A stretch of 59,812 nt of DNA, the filler included, from Sluysia triapertura (lineage: Eukaryota): NCBI GenBank assembly GCA_046118255.1. It is 4 parts of 4 records of this genome, joined end to end, with 100 filler letters (N's around TTAATTAATTAA, not from the genome) between each part and the next. Parts side by side here need not be neighbours in the genome. Positions count along the whole stretch, not along the records: positions 1 to 22,527 come from JBJNIA010224018.1; 3 more parts are not named here. One strand, written 5' to 3'. The notes beneath the pieces were generated by a model that saw nothing but the letters and a program-made list of their open reading frames with translations, was not told the DNA's origin and did no database searches. Shown here piece by piece: positions 1 to 14,200 of this stretch. The stretch's first letter is position 1. Each line of letters begins with the position of its first letter. The position numbers were made by a program, and so were the translations under genes.

Positions 1-72
<72 letters not shown>
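1..72. repeat. (TTA)n microsatellite
   Basis: Perfect trinucleotide run. Confidence 0.97.
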
Positions 73-1998
73 GAATTTTGTGTTTCATAAATAAAGTTAA
101 TATTTTTGCGTTTATTTAATTATTAAAAGTTAAAAAATAAATTATTAAAGTTTTTTGAAAAAATTATACTTTTGAGAATTTGTTAAGACCCTAACTACAG
201 AATATTTGTATTTAGATAAACTATTAGCTTATATAGTTACAGAAACGCCCTCTTCACGTTTACTGTAACCGGATCCTGCTCAAAAAATATTTTGCCGTAG
301 CTTAGGTATTAGAAAAACTACAGCAATATTATGGACATTTAAATAAGATATCTTTTATTGTATATAAATTCTATGAATTAATCTCTGATGGTAAATATGG
401 AGTACCGCTAACGACAGTTAATTTAATTTCAAATTCTCAAAAATAATTTAACAACTTAACAAACTAAGGTTTATTAAAGAAATTCAGACTATACGAGAGA
501 AACTATAATATATAATTACGGAAAATATGGTCAAACGTAATTATATTTAATTAAAAATTTGATTATTTTTATTTTAATTTAATATTGCTATAAATTTACT
601 GATCCACTTGACTTTAATGTTCAATAAATAACAATTAATCAATTAATTTAAATGAATGTTCAGTCGCTATTTAAGATTGCTTTTGATATTTGATATATTT
701 TGGATAGAGAACACTGTTTTTATTCCATTACGTAGTAACTTTTCTGCAGTTTATCTTTTCCTATTGTTAAAATATTTTATATCTAATTTCTTTTTATATT
801 CGATAATATGATCAATTTCATCTATATATTAATTTTCTTTTGTAATATTAGTTCAACATATTAACATTAATTTAAACATGTGCATACATTCATTTGAAAG
901 TTATATATTGTGATTACCTTTCATTTCTATTTTAACGAAATAATAATACCCTAACCTTATCAACTTGATAAGTGTTAGGTTATTCAGAAAGTAATTTCGT
1001 TTTTTCCAACACAGGACCTTATTGTATTTTTTCACAGTCAACTTCGCACTTAACCGCATAATCATTATACATTTTGTCAGCTGATATAGCAAAGCTTGTT
1101 TATTAGTATGTATGTGAAAAATAATCTCTTTATCAAATTCTATTTTTATTATCTTTTGTTTCTTTTTTATTTCAGAACATTTAAGATATTTCTTCAAAAC
1201 TACTGCGATCTTTACAATTTTTAAAATATTTTAATATTATTTTAAGAACATTTTAAGACAAATTTTTAGATTATATTCATATAAAAAAATTTCATAATAT
1301 CAATTTAATTCTAATGAAATCTATTTTTAATGGCAAATTTTATTTCGAATGAATAAAAATTCATCAGAAATATTTTTTAACAGATATAATTACACTTCTG
1401 TATATTTTAAGTGTAATAATTTTGAATTAGACGGAATAATTAGGATGTGTTAACATTTCAACTATCAATTTTCGAGTCTAATATCAGCATTAATAAGAAA
1501 TTAGGTAACTAGAGTTGTAGTGAAAATTTTAGATAATTTTGGGAAAGATATTTTTTAAAAATATTTCTGAAATACAAATTATTTTAAACTTGTAATCAAG
1601 ATTGGGCTGAAAGTGAATTGTAATAATAATAATAATCATAGTAATAATGATGATAGTGATAATAATAGTAATAATAATAATGGGAATAATAAAAATAATA
1701 ATTTTATTTTTGATTTATACTGAAACCATAATGTGGTCGATTAATTTCTTAATTCCGTTTTATAATAATTTTTGTATAGTTAATTCCATCAAAAGTACAA
1801 CTAAATTTCTTTCTAGAGTTAAATGATACTGTACGCATTATCGAATCAGTGTGCATTTTTGTGTATGTATTGGTTAATTTTCTTCTATGATTTTGATTCC
1901 TCCATATTATAAATCATTTATATACCGAAAAAGAAAATAATATTCGAAAATAATGTAGCAAAACATTAAAATTTATTGATTATAAAAAAATATAAGTA

Positions 1999-2277
1999 TT
2001 AAAATAAAAATGCAGGTCGTTTTCTCCACAACGATAACACGTAACAAGAAACTCCAATAGCACTGATCCATATAACGAATCCGATAATTTCTAAAATCAC
2101 TTTTCGAATATCGGTTTGTTTTGTCGAATCGAATTCGGTTTCATTTCGTTGAGGTATTTCAAAATTTAATTGGGTGTCATTAAAATCCATTTCAAATAAA
2201 TGCGATTGTTCAGTTAAAATAAATAAAAGCAAGACAATTAAAATTAACAACAGTTTGATCATACTTTTAATCAACAT
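1999..2277 (-). CDS. Putative small single-pass membrane protein
   Basis: 92-aa ORF: signal-peptide-like MIKLLLILIVLLLFILTEQS, acidic ectodomain, TM-like VILEIIGFVIWISAIGVSCYVLSLW followed by basic RKR. No family recognised. Confidence 0.4.
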   Translation of the reverse strand: MLIKSMIKLLLILIVLLLFILTEQSHLFEMDFNDTQLNFEIPQRNETEFDSTKQTDIRKVILEIIGFVIWISAIGVSCYVLSLWRKRPAFLF

Positions 2278-3939
2278 ATGTACAGATTATATTCTTTTCT
2301 AACTTTAAATACAATAGAAAATTTTTCGATAAATCACCGCCTGCAAATTATAGCACAACATACAAATTGATAATTTCATAACATTTTAATTTGAAATTAT
2401 TGAGTCATATGATTTAGTTGTAATACATTATCAGTTTAATTTCTCTTAAAAATTGTTTAAAAATTTAAAGGCAGATAATAAATTATGACACATAATTATA
2501 AAGAAATATCTTTCTCATTTTCATTTCGTTAAGTTGTACCATTATTTTGATTAGTTTCGTATCATTCCTTTAATGGTTATTTAATAATTATATATTATTA
2601 TAATAATCCATTTTTGGATTTCATTGTTATTTCTTTATATTTTTTATTATTGGATGTTTATGGGTTGATTTAATTAGTTCCAGAAGTGATTTTGAGTCAT
2701 TGAAAATAACTATTTTATTTTATGTTTATGATAATATCTGAATTTAAAACGATTATCAAAATTAACACATTTTGTCACCACAGCTTTTACAAAACATTGG
2801 AGCTTATTTTGACGCATTTTACGTCAACCACGACATTTTCTATATATCTTTAAATCATGTAATTGAATAAATAAAGATATGGGTACAATATTTGAATATA
2901 ATAAATGTATAATTATATATTACAAGGTCTTTCTCCTTGAGTTTTATCGAACACAATTGAATTTTGATAGATCTTAACTCAGGCGAATGCTAAAAGATTT
3001 TAATGCAAAAGATTTTAAAAGATTTTAATGCAAATATATTAATGCAGTGCCTTAACAAAAATAGCATACTTATTCATGGAAAAATATCGGAGAATTCATG
3101 ATTGGTTCCAAGAAGCTGTTTGGTTTTTTCCAATTAATTTAAAGGACGAATAGTTCCATCAGTTGTACGGTTTTCTCCAAATGATTAAATGTTGAATAAT
3201 AATTAAAATTTTTCCTTAATCTTCCAATTAAACGTTCAAACGATTAAAATTTCCTTAATTTTTTCAAATAATTGTTTAACAATTATTGTATTTTTGTTGA
3301 GTGTCGAACTATTTATATATTTTTAGATTTGTTTGAGATTTTCCGATATTTTTCCATGTCCATGATTAATTTCGTAAACAAATAACAAATTATTTATTAA
3401 CGTCATTAATTTCGTAGACAAATAATTTATAAAATGAAAAAAATAATTAACCGAATTAATTAATTAACGTCTTTATGATATTTACATAAGTTGAAAAACC
3501 TTTAATATTTAATGAATTTATAATATTTAAAATTAAATTTACTATTAATATTTACATAAATTGAAACTTATAAAACCAAATTTCTAATATTTAAAATTAT
3601 TCACTAAAATATTCACTAAATTTATAAATGTATATCTAAATTCACTGTATTTACAATATTAACTGTAATGTTACAAGTATAAATATCAATTAAAAATTAT
3701 AATAAATAAAACTATAATAAAACATGTTGCCCTTATCTTCATGATACAATACAAACCATAATGCAGTATAAACTATTATTTTGATTATTTTAAGAGCTAC
3801 ATTAATGACTCTTTAAATCGAATTTCGTTACAGTTAGAATGTTCTTTGGTAAAATCATATTTTTTATTAATGTTCTTTATGTTTCAGAAGTATTGTAATG
3901 AATGATTTATCTTAAACAATTTTGAGCAATATAATGAAA

Positions 3940-4170
3940 CATGTATAAATAGAAGTAACAACAATAATAATAGTGATAAAAAGCGAGGAACAATACAAAA
4001 TATATGCATAAAGTTAAACGTACGTACAACAAAAACAAGAAACTAAATTTTAATAATTATAAATTATTACGACTGTGTTTATGTTTTGTATGTATTGAGT
4101 AATTTGTTTTGTTCATTTGTGCTGATGTTTGTTTGTGATTGTCATGAGTTGATCTGGTGTTAATCGCATT
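3940..4170 (-). repeat. Dispersed repeat, homologous to 41350-41740 (+)
   Basis: Reverse complement contains CAATACATACAAAACATAAACACAGTCGTAATAATTTATAATTA; about 41421-41464 has CAATACATACAAAACAAAAACACAGTTGTAATAATTTATAATTA. A second block (TCCTCG..CTTTATCACT-like) is also shared. Confidence 0.8.
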
Positions 4171-7100
4171 TACCCAGTAATCTATAATTAACAAATAACA
4201 CATAATCTACAGGACTTCACTTTTCTGTTTTCATGAAACTGACACTCACTAATCAAAACAACTTATTAAATCTGGCAAATATTGTCAGGTTTCTAATCTT
4301 AAAAAAATGATTAATTAGATTCATTAACTTCGTTAAACGTTCCTTTATTTTTCAATAAGCACATCTAATTTTCAAATAATTTTTCCGCATATAACTGACG
4401 TGGTTTCTTTAAAGAGTCAACCTTTAATCATAAGTAGTTAATAAACAAAATTAGTGAGTTCGCCGTGATCCGAGACATACGTAGTTAAGGGTTCGTCTAC
4501 GGGATTTAGATGATTAGTAGTAAAGTAGAGATACGGAGGTAGTATTAACTTATTTTACCAATCTATAATGCTATCAAAGGCTTAATTTCTAATCAACAAC
4601 TTTGAGGTATGAAATTAGCTTGAGATAATAAAACTTGATATCCTCGTATCAATGAGGTTGATTTTTGTGTCACAATTTTGAAGTCTTGCATTAAATAGGG
4701 TTTGAAAAATGATTTTATTACCGTGTCAAAAATACATAAACAGCATTTGATTTTAGAAAATTATAACTCTGAAAGTGATTTCCCTTCAATTTACTTCTCA
4801 ATTAAATGAGAATCGACAAATGAACGCAGAAGTTTAAATTTTGTGGGAGAAAGTCTTTCGTATTGGTTAAACAAAAAGTATTAGTTTACTAAATTAATTC
4901 AAAAACAAAAATTTAACAAAAATTTACAATTTGATAATAAAATAGAAGTTACTTTGAATATTTATAATTGAAATGACTAAATGAATTTTAATAATATATT
5001 TTATAAAGCCTACTTTGAATTCGTCTGAAAAATTTAATTAAAGAAGTTACGTGGATTTTAAAACATGTTAAGCGTGCTGCAAATTATAAGTACTAAACTA
5101 ACCAATATGCAAAATTTTATTATCATTTTGTCTCCTTTTATCTAAAAATATTTGTGTACATTTGTTTTATGAAATAATTCCTAAAAATTCTAACTAAGCG
5201 AGAATGACTGCAGCGAATAAAGTTGTGAAAAATCATTAAATAGTTGTAAATATTTTTATAAATAATTATTTATAGCCAAATTATTGCGTTTTTTATTGCA
5301 GTATGTGTTTATCTGAAATTAATATTAGAAATTTTCTTATGAACCCTCCATAATAGATTGATAATTATTTTGATGTAAAGATAAATAATAAAACTGTTTT
5401 CTATTTCATCTTTTGCTTACTTCGAAAATCATCATTTATATAAATTTTAATTGATAATATTGTTATAGCCCTTCAATTTTTAATTTTTATTGCAAAAAAA
5501 TTATAAATTTTAAAGCAAATAACAAAAAAAAAATATATTACAGAATCATCATGAAAGTATTGGAATGTCAGGATGGTTTAGCCTCAGATTGAGTACATTA
5601 CTAAAGTTAGTGAGGCAGAAGATCTTATTCATATTTACATCTACTTTACACATAGACTTTATTAAGTTTGCTTAACAGATACTGCTTAACTTCTCTATAT
5701 GATCTTTTATTAAGTTTCCTATTAAATATATCACTAGGATATTAATATCTTTTTCTATCTGAACTTTTAACTTTTAACTATAATTTTATTTGAAGTAATA
5801 TTTGATTTTAAACTTCGGTTCTGGTTTATTTCAACCTGAATACTGGTTATTTGGTAGTTAATCTTTCTAAAATCGTTTTCTATTTCATTTATTAAATCAT
5901 ATTACTTTGAAATTCTACGGCGCATGAATTTAATATTTATAATGGGATGTACAGAATGTATATAATTGTTATTATTATTAATATTACAATATCTTTATAT
6001 TAATCCCTTTAATATTAACCTTCCTTATTTCTCTAAATTCTTTTGAATTTCCTTTTTTTCAAATTCCACGAACTTTGTATAGTTTAATATTTAGAAAGAA
6101 AATACAGATGTATGGAGTTAAAAATGATAACCATTAAGGTCTGGAGTGAAAGATGTGTGGATAATTGTTTTATGATCTTGGAACGTGATTGTGAAGTAAA
6201 TCGAATGACTTGATATTCTGAAATGTGGATATGTGAAGCTAAAGGTGATCTATAGAATGAAATTATTTGATTAAAGAGTATTTATGTATTGAACTTCTTT
6301 TAATGATCTTTTAATCTTCTTTGCATTGAAACAAGAACTTACATAATATGAATATTAAATTATATGAATAAATGAGTGTTTACAGAAATTATGCAAATGG
6401 TACTCTTTGGAAACGATTGAAAAAATGAACTTACTAAGTGTTTTATGAATTAAGAATGATTGTAATTCTGTTGAATCTTTTGAATTTCATTGGAAATTTA
6501 GGGATGCTTTTTGGATCTATTTTTTTATTCTTATTAAATTATCATATTCTTTGACATTTTCTCAATATATATGTGTGCACTTTCTCTAGCTTGAAACAAT
6601 TATGAAAGTTTAAAACAGAAATGGTTCCGCCTACGTAACGCGATTTATCTTAAAAGGACGTGTTCGTAGGATTTTTATTTTCCTTTTTTAAAGAAAGAAT
6701 TATCAATGAGGGTCTATATAAACTCCTTTATTATTTTAGATTCTTTTGTCGTATTGTATTTTAACGTTTATCTAACGAATTTTACAATTTAATCCCTTAC
6801 AAATAATTTACGTTAGATTAGAAAATTCAAAAAGAAAATTGTTTAGATTTTAACTTAAAAGAAAAACCTATAATCCAAGTTTTATATCCAACGGAAGACT
6901 TGTTTATAGGTATGTCAAAGTCTACGAAAAGTTTTTCTTACTTCTAGAATGGAGGGTCTCTTTATATACGAATTTAACACAAGAATTATTCCGAACTTTT
7001 TAATTCCTGCTTTTCTAATCTATCCCTTAATTAAAATCAAAAAACTAAGACAATTAGTACCTAATGCACTCTATGAAAGTTTATTATTAAAAATAAAAAT

Positions 7101-7860
7101 GTTATTCACAAAAAACAAGTACACGTAGATTACAAATCAAAATAAGTTATAATCAATAATAATAAATTATATAAAATTTTAGGATTTCTCCTTAAGTATA
7201 ACAATGAGATTTTATAGTGATTTTGACTCAGGTTTAATACTTGAGCGTGAAAAATGATGTGATTTTAAGTTTAATATTAACGCAAATATTTATGCGAGAA
7301 AACCTAATATAAATAGCTTACTGGTCTTTAAACGTTAAAATTGATCCTTTCCACAAAGAAAATAAATTTAATATTGATCAGCGTCCTATCTCCGAACAGA
7401 TTTCGTAACCAAATTATTCCTTGCATTGTGTTCCGTAAAACCAAAATTCAATTAGTCTATCCGATATAGTGCAACTTGTTGATTCCAAAAAATAACCACA
7501 ATTAGATTGTTCAAATATAAATTAATATCTCCGGAATTAACACTTCAAAGACTTGTGAACAAGATTTGAAAGTATTATTTTAAAATTAATGTGTTGTGGA
7601 CTTTTAAGTGTAGCTATTTATATTAGTTGTTCTTTGATAAGATAAACATAATAATTATTTTATAAAATCAAATTATCAAATTTAATAATTAAATTTTAGT
7701 AGAATAGTTGAGAAAGTCCAATTGATTAATGTACTAATTAATTTTATCTATTAAAATCTTTATTTGCTAATCAAATTATTTAATTAAACTTTATACTTTT
7801 ACTTAATTACATTTTCATTCAGATAAACAATTTTGTTCAGATAAAAAATTTATTTATGAT

Positions 7861-7916
7861 TATGAAATTAATTAATTTGTACTTTGGATATGAAATTAAT
7901 TAATTTGTACTTTGGA
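7861..7916. repeat. Perfect 28-bp tandem duplication
   Basis: TATGAAATTAATTAATTTGTACTTTGGA x2. Confidence 0.9.
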
Positions 7917-7974
7917 CTTCCTAAACAACACAATTATTACCAACAATATTGTTTATTATATTGTTAATTTCTAC

Positions 7975-8015
<41 letters not shown>

Positions 8016-9437
8016 CTAAGCTAAAAAATTTTCATTTGTTATGTGCTGTCAATCGATTATAACTTTTTAAATCACTTCAGCAACATTTATTAAGCATAAT
8101 ACATTATTAAAATTTATGAGCACATAAATTCACATAACGTTAATTAACGTTACTCATCTGCAGCGATTGAAAAATGAAAAGTGTGAACAGTAAACAATTT
8201 ATTATGCTTTACTTGTAAAATTTATGTTTTTCTTTCTCAAATGAAAGTCATTTTTATTTTTTGATTATTATAGTAATATTACAAGAATTAGCTTTAGTTG
8301 GATTTTCTATTATGATTTACTTTTTGTTTATCGTCATAAAATTAAATAAACTTCATATTTACAATAAAGACTTTGTAAATTTATTGTAAAAATTAGAATA
8401 AATTATTGTATTTTGAAAATACCAAAAAAAATTAATGATCATGCCTATTGTGTAATAAGTACTCAAAAGGACTTAAAATACATCAGTTCTTCATATTTTT
8501 TCTGAAATATAAACTTTTATTTCGACATTAACAATAATATTATTTATCATATTCGCCATAATGGCTTTTATTTAAAAACTAATTTCGAATCTCTACGAAT
8601 CATTTTATATTATAAAGTATAAAAAGCAACAAAATTCTAGCCTTAATAAATGTATATTTGGCAGAATTCTTAAAAAATTTAAAATATTAGAAATTAAAAT
8701 TCAAATAATCATTAAAATGTCAAGTTTATGGACAAAACATTAATTATGATGATAGTAATAATAATATTAATAAAATTAAAAAATTATCTACTTATTAAAA
8801 TGAGTAATAAGTAATTATTTTTAAATATTTTCGAACAGTTACTAATAAAAGTAAGTAAATAAATTAAAATTTTAAATGCAAAAAATTGTTAATAATAATG
8901 TTGTATTACAAAATATCAATATAAAAAAACACTTTAAATAATGTATCGTACATCACCTATGAAAACATCGAACATAACGCTTAAAAAACGATTTTTTTGC
9001 CTTTTTAATGTCTCTCATATGTTTTGCATTAGTATATTGTTTATTGAATATATTTATAGAATTCAATTATTGTACTGTATTTTCAATTATAGATTTCTAA
9101 AGAAATAATTCAGAATGTTTTCCTATTTTTTTGTAACTTTTATATTTAAAAAATATTAATAACATTTTTAATGAGAATGGTTTAAAAGTTATTCAATAGC
9201 TATAATAATTTCCTATTATAATTGAAAAGAAATATTTTCTAACCTTGTTATGTCTAAATGAACATCATTTTTCTCATCTCATCAGTGCTGTAACAACAAC
9301 TTCTTAACTAATCATTTATGGAAAACTTCATATAAAATACAATAATATTTATTATAATTATAATAATGATAATAATAATTATTATTATATTAATAATAAT
9401 TATAATTATAATATGAATAAAAATTTGAGTAAAATTA

Positions 9438-9583
9438 NNNNNNNNNNNNNNNNNNNNNNNNNNNNNNNNNNNNNNNNNNNNNNNNNNNNNNNNNNNNNNN
9501 NNNNNNNNNNNNNNNNNNNNNNNNNNNNNNNNNNNNNNNNNNNNNNNNNNNNNNNNNNNNNNNNNNNNNNNNNNNNNNNNNNN
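9438..9583. other. Assembly gap (N run)
   Basis: 146 N. Confidence 0.99.
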
Positions 9584-10460
9584 AGACTTGGAAATATGAT
9601 TTATTTCCAAAAATAATTGATTCCGTTAAAGAAATGTAAAATAATGATTTACGAATGATAACAATTAATTAATTTTTATAATAAATAAATGTTTAATTCG
9701 AAATAAATACTATATTTAACACGGATTCGATGAATTTTAATCAAATAACCATATTGTTTTGTTTTAGAAATCCTTATTACATTAAAATATTGATAAATTG
9801 AAACTTTGTCTGTGGCAATTAGGAAATGATAATCAATTAAAAGTTTCATTTTCATAATCTCAGCTTTTTAGAGTCATTTATTTCAATTACTTTCAAAACC
9901 TTATTATGATTAGTAACAAAATATTGTTTTTATTTAATTGATACTTTACATCGTTAACATTGTATTTACCAACATGCACAGATCGAACTAAACTATAGTT
10001 TAACAAAAATATATCATCATGTGGCTTTACACTATTATCATTAGGGGATTGAGGGGTTTTTGGATAAGATCTACATTGAAAAACCATTTCATTTTGTTAA
10101 AAGACGAATTAAGATAATCATGAATTTCAGCAATTTTGATTAAATAGATAAATTCAGCAAATAAATTTACATTGTTCGTTGTTAAACATTGTTTTCCTTG
10201 GATGATAGTTTGTTTAATTCAATTTCTTGAAATCTTTGATTATTATTATTTTCCTTGTTAATTTAAAATTTTTATATCTGTACCAAATTGGCATAAAACT
10301 AATTTCGTTGCTGTTTTGCTTAAAGTTCATTAATCAATTTTGAATCTTATAAAATTTTATTATATAGTTTTTTAACATACGCATCAATGACTGTGGAGCC
10401 ATGATAGTGAAGTAGTGTGAATTATGTAATAACGATTCAATGTGATTATTAAGTAATTCA

Positions 10461-11013
10461 TGGTGGTGGCCAACCTATTACTTTTTACAAATATTATTAA
10501 AATTTTCTTTTCAATAAAATAAAAGTCATCTTTACTTTCAAAATCTACAATTCACATTTTTAAATTCATTATAAACACTTTCATACATAGTTCAATACTA
10601 ACATAATCAAAATCATATCTTTTTAACATCTCACAATTACCTCTTAGAATGTACCAAAATATAGCCTATAATTTATATTATTCACATCCACTAAACTACT
10701 CTCTTTCAATATATTTGCAAATCACAATCTTCTAACATCCAAACATTACCTTTAGTCAAAACATCAATGTATATTTAAAAATCCATATAAAACATTTATA
10801 CCATTTCAAAATACTTAAATCGTAAGTTTTCAACACCATAACATTTAACCTTCAGAAATCTAAATACATTTAACTACTTTAAACAGATTCAAATATGTCA
10901 AGAAATATTAAAGAATACAAAGAAGGTTCTTGTTAGTAATTCAAAAGAATTTATGCATTTGTAGCAATAATAATATTATTATTTTTTCATTATTTTTAAT
11001 TTTAATTACCACT
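10461..11013 (+). mobile_element. LTR-like G-poor repeat, copy A
   Basis: Starts (T)GGTGGTGGCCAACCTATT, A/C/T-rich body homologous to copies at 17.8, 23.4 and 50 kb (AACATCCAAACATTACC block), AAGGTTCTTGTT motif, ends TACCACT. TGGTGAC follows 5 nt later. Confidence 0.6.
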
Positions 11014-11165
11014 ATCAATGGTGACATTATTGGTTACTATGCATAAATTCTCGTCACCATTGATACCGGCCTGTCCGTCAATTTTATTCATTTCAATGTT
11101 ATTAATATTCGTCCAACCAGAGTGATCGTTTTCATTATTTTTATACCTCTGGTTGGACAGCCAAT
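11013..11165 (+). promoter_or_regulatory. Twin hairpins plus CCAAT upstream of cassette A gene
   Basis: Perfect 13-bp IR 11013-11025/11053-11065; perfect 12-bp IR 11111-11122/11147-11158; CCAAT at 11161. The function is inferred. Confidence 0.6.
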
Positions 11166-11454
11166 TACAAGTGATATTGAAGATTATATTTTGTATTTGA
11201 GTTTGTTGCTTTTCATAAGAAAAATAATATTTATTATTGTATCCTAAGTGTTACTTCTGAATCATACACTCAGCCAATTATAATATGAAAAGGACTGATT
11301 GATAATTATAATAGCAATTCGATCAAAAAATATACTTAAAAATAATTAAGAATTAAATTAACAAAATATTAACATTGTATTTACAAAACGAAAAAGCACA
11401 ATTTTCGATTCATTTATAATCATATCGTTAAAGACAATAGATTATGTAGATTTA

Positions 11455-12694
11455 ATGATAGACAAACGTTTCGTAAAACGAGTATCAACTGTAGATCATA
11501 CTTCTCGAATAAAACCTATAAATATGAATATAATGACTTCTACAACAGAGTTGGAAATTACCACTCCACCAAATGAAAAACATTATAGTCATGAACGACG
11601 GAAAAGCTTAGCAATAGTATTCCAGAAAAAATTGATTAAATTCTCATTTATAATATTTATTTAAGTGTCCTTTATCCTAGGTTCAATGTTAGTGTTTCAA
11701 AAAAATTTACTAATCAAAATCTAGAGCAGATCATTACTCTTATGGATTGCTATGAAAATATATTCAATATAATTAAACATTAAGTTTGTAGTTTGAGAAC
11801 TCTCACCACCAATTTCGACAATAAAACCAGATTAAGCATTGACAACTATATCAGTATATTTTTTCAATGTTATTCGATTTTAAAATAGATCAAATGAAAA
11901 TTTAAAAAGCATGCCCTTTATGAATTTATGATACCAATTCGTACAGAATTACTTGAAAATAATAAAGATAAATTTGAGATGATTCAAGGAAGGCTGAGTT
12001 TTCGAATAAGAGTAGATATAATTAGTCATGTTGATGTCATTGATCTGAATCAAAGTGTAAAGTTCGCACCAATAGTTGCTGGTAAGGTTTATGATTACTC
12101 TGTTCCATGTAAAGGAATCCTTGAAGAAAATAATGTATTGAACATAAACATTATCAAATCTTTTAAGATAAGAATAATGAATACAAGCCTAAACTTAATT
12201 TCAAATAAAGTTTTACGAATTAATGCATCCTAGTTAAGTATCGAGTACAAAGACAAATGTAGAAAAGATTTGAAAATACGTTCTGTATATCGTCATACTG
12301 ATCCTTATAAACGTCATCATCAAGAATTTAATGTACCTTCCAGTAGTTACTCTCAATCCAATTTCTCTCAACTATTTCGATAATTCATCATATTCAAATT
12401 AATGTATTAGAACATCACTTTGCCCATATAGTAGTGACATAAATGGTAGATGCACAAAATTCGGAATTAATTATGTATATGCACACGCAGTTAATCAGTT
12501 AGTGAATCATAAAATCGAATAAACGTCTCACACGGATCACCTGTCCAGACTTACGAATTTACTCAAAAGTATTGGAATACCAACTTCGGAAATATACAAC
12601 AACATTGGTTATACTGGTTATGATAAAGTAAATTCTTTCTATTATTATATCAAAGACAACTTGACTTTTTTTCCTTTTTAGATAGTGAAGCGTA
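11455..12694 (+). pseudogene. Cassette A: unidentified N-terminal region plus degenerate Unkempt-type CCCH finger
   Basis: 12421-12486 encodes CPYSSDINGRCTKFGINYVYAH (C-x9-C-x6-Y-x3-H), then HLSRLTNLLKSIGIP. GT-AG intron 12628-12681. Several in-frame stops. Confidence 0.7.
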
Positions 12695-13329
12695 GCTGAT
12701 CAAGAATATCATCTTAAATGTTATAATTTTTAAATTTTATATGTTGAATAAAAAGTTTCGTGTTTACAGATTTTCGTTAATTATTTATAAACTTTTTAAT
12801 TCATTCTTCATTAAGATTCGATGAATATTAACTTAGGAATAAAAATTTTAAAAATTAAGATAAAAAAATGTTGTAAAACCTAATTTTAAATAAATCAAAA
12901 CTATTTCGTTAATTAAACAATTCCCAACCACAACATTCACTATTTATTTCGTTATTTTAAAATTGCATTAAAATAAAAACCAAAAATCTTATTTCTTTAC
13001 TATTTCTTGCTATTTCTTTATTTTTGTCAATAATCAAATATGTCAACAAGTCATAAATATAAATAGAAAGAATAAATAATTATAATCGTGTGTTTAAGCT
13101 AAGAAATAGAAGGATTTATGCTAGTTAGTGTTAAAATCAATAATTTTGTATAGTGTTATTATTATTTTAAATTTTAAATAAAATAAAATAATTTTTTTAA
13201 TTTAAATTACACGATCTTACACGAAGTTTTACATAAATTAATTACTTTTAAAGGATTGTAATTGAATGTAATGCTCTGAATATTTAAAGATATCATTTCT
13301 ATGCTTTGGTTCTTCTAAATTTCATATTC

Positions 13330-14200
13330 TATTCTTTAATCCTTCTTTCTAATTTTGATTATGTCTATACTTTGAATATTCTTTATAAAGGTGGATATAT
13401 TTAGGTGATATGAATGTAGTTAATTTGTGTGAAATTAATTGATTAATGGTTTAAAATGTGAAATTGTTAAGCACATTTAATAGATCATGCTGCAATAAAT
13501 TTATGTTTAACATGTAAAATGTTTGAGTTTGTAAAATATCTAAGGGCTGCTTTTGAATATGCATCATTGTTAATATATTACGTTGGAAAAAACAGGGTTT
13601 TAAACTAATGGTTGCAAAATCTTGAGAAATTGTGTTCAACTTTTAATGAAGTAATTGATGTAACTCTCTTGCATATCCTTTTAATGATTGTATTTCACCG
13701 TTGTTGATGTTAATGTTTCTGTTTAGTGAATTGGCACAGAAATTTTATTATGTGCAGAAAGATCGGTGTGAATTAAAATTTACGATAATGACGGATATTT
13801 TGCATTCACATTTATCTTGAATAAAAATTTTTGAAGTGTTTGGTAAGGTCGCGTGTTCGTAGAGTATTTATGGTGTGAATTGATTCTGATTTAATTTGGA
13901 TTCTTCGAATGCTTTTCATTTGAATAGTTGAATAATGATTTTCTTTTGATACTCATTGGTAATAAGTAGATATGTATCTGAGTTATTTCTTGAATAATGA
14001 TTTCATTGAGTCTTTTATGTGCTTATTATCAAACTGTGCGTTCTTTTTAGACAACGAGGGATATTGTAAGTCGTGAGTCCATGTTGTAAAAAATGTGATT
14101 CTGTAATACATGTGATTGTAAAATGTATTAGGTGAATTGCATTATGTTTGGTGTTGAATAAGGTGTATATTTCTTTATAGATATAGAGATTTTTGCCTAA
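13330..14200 (-). mobile_element. Decayed non-LTR retrotransposon AP-endonuclease region
   Basis: Minus-strand peptides ITCITESHFL..YNIP (cf. IICITETWL..YNIPGY) and SVIIVNFNSH (cf. IIVGDFNSH) in the correct order. Confidence 0.6.

Noticed and set aside
901-1197. Possible hAT dimerisation domain (VLCWKK..FLNNL)
   Set aside because: Resemblance too short, no supporting motifs in order.
4455-4545. tRNA or SINE-like GGTTCG B-box
   Set aside because: No A-box spacing or cloverleaf could be built.
9308-9616. ORFs spanning the N gap
   Set aside because: Artefacts of N and (AAT)n sequence.
11013-11158. Known miRNA cluster (miR-2/71/36)
   Set aside because: Arms do not match the mature sequences I know; retained only as unexplained hairpins.
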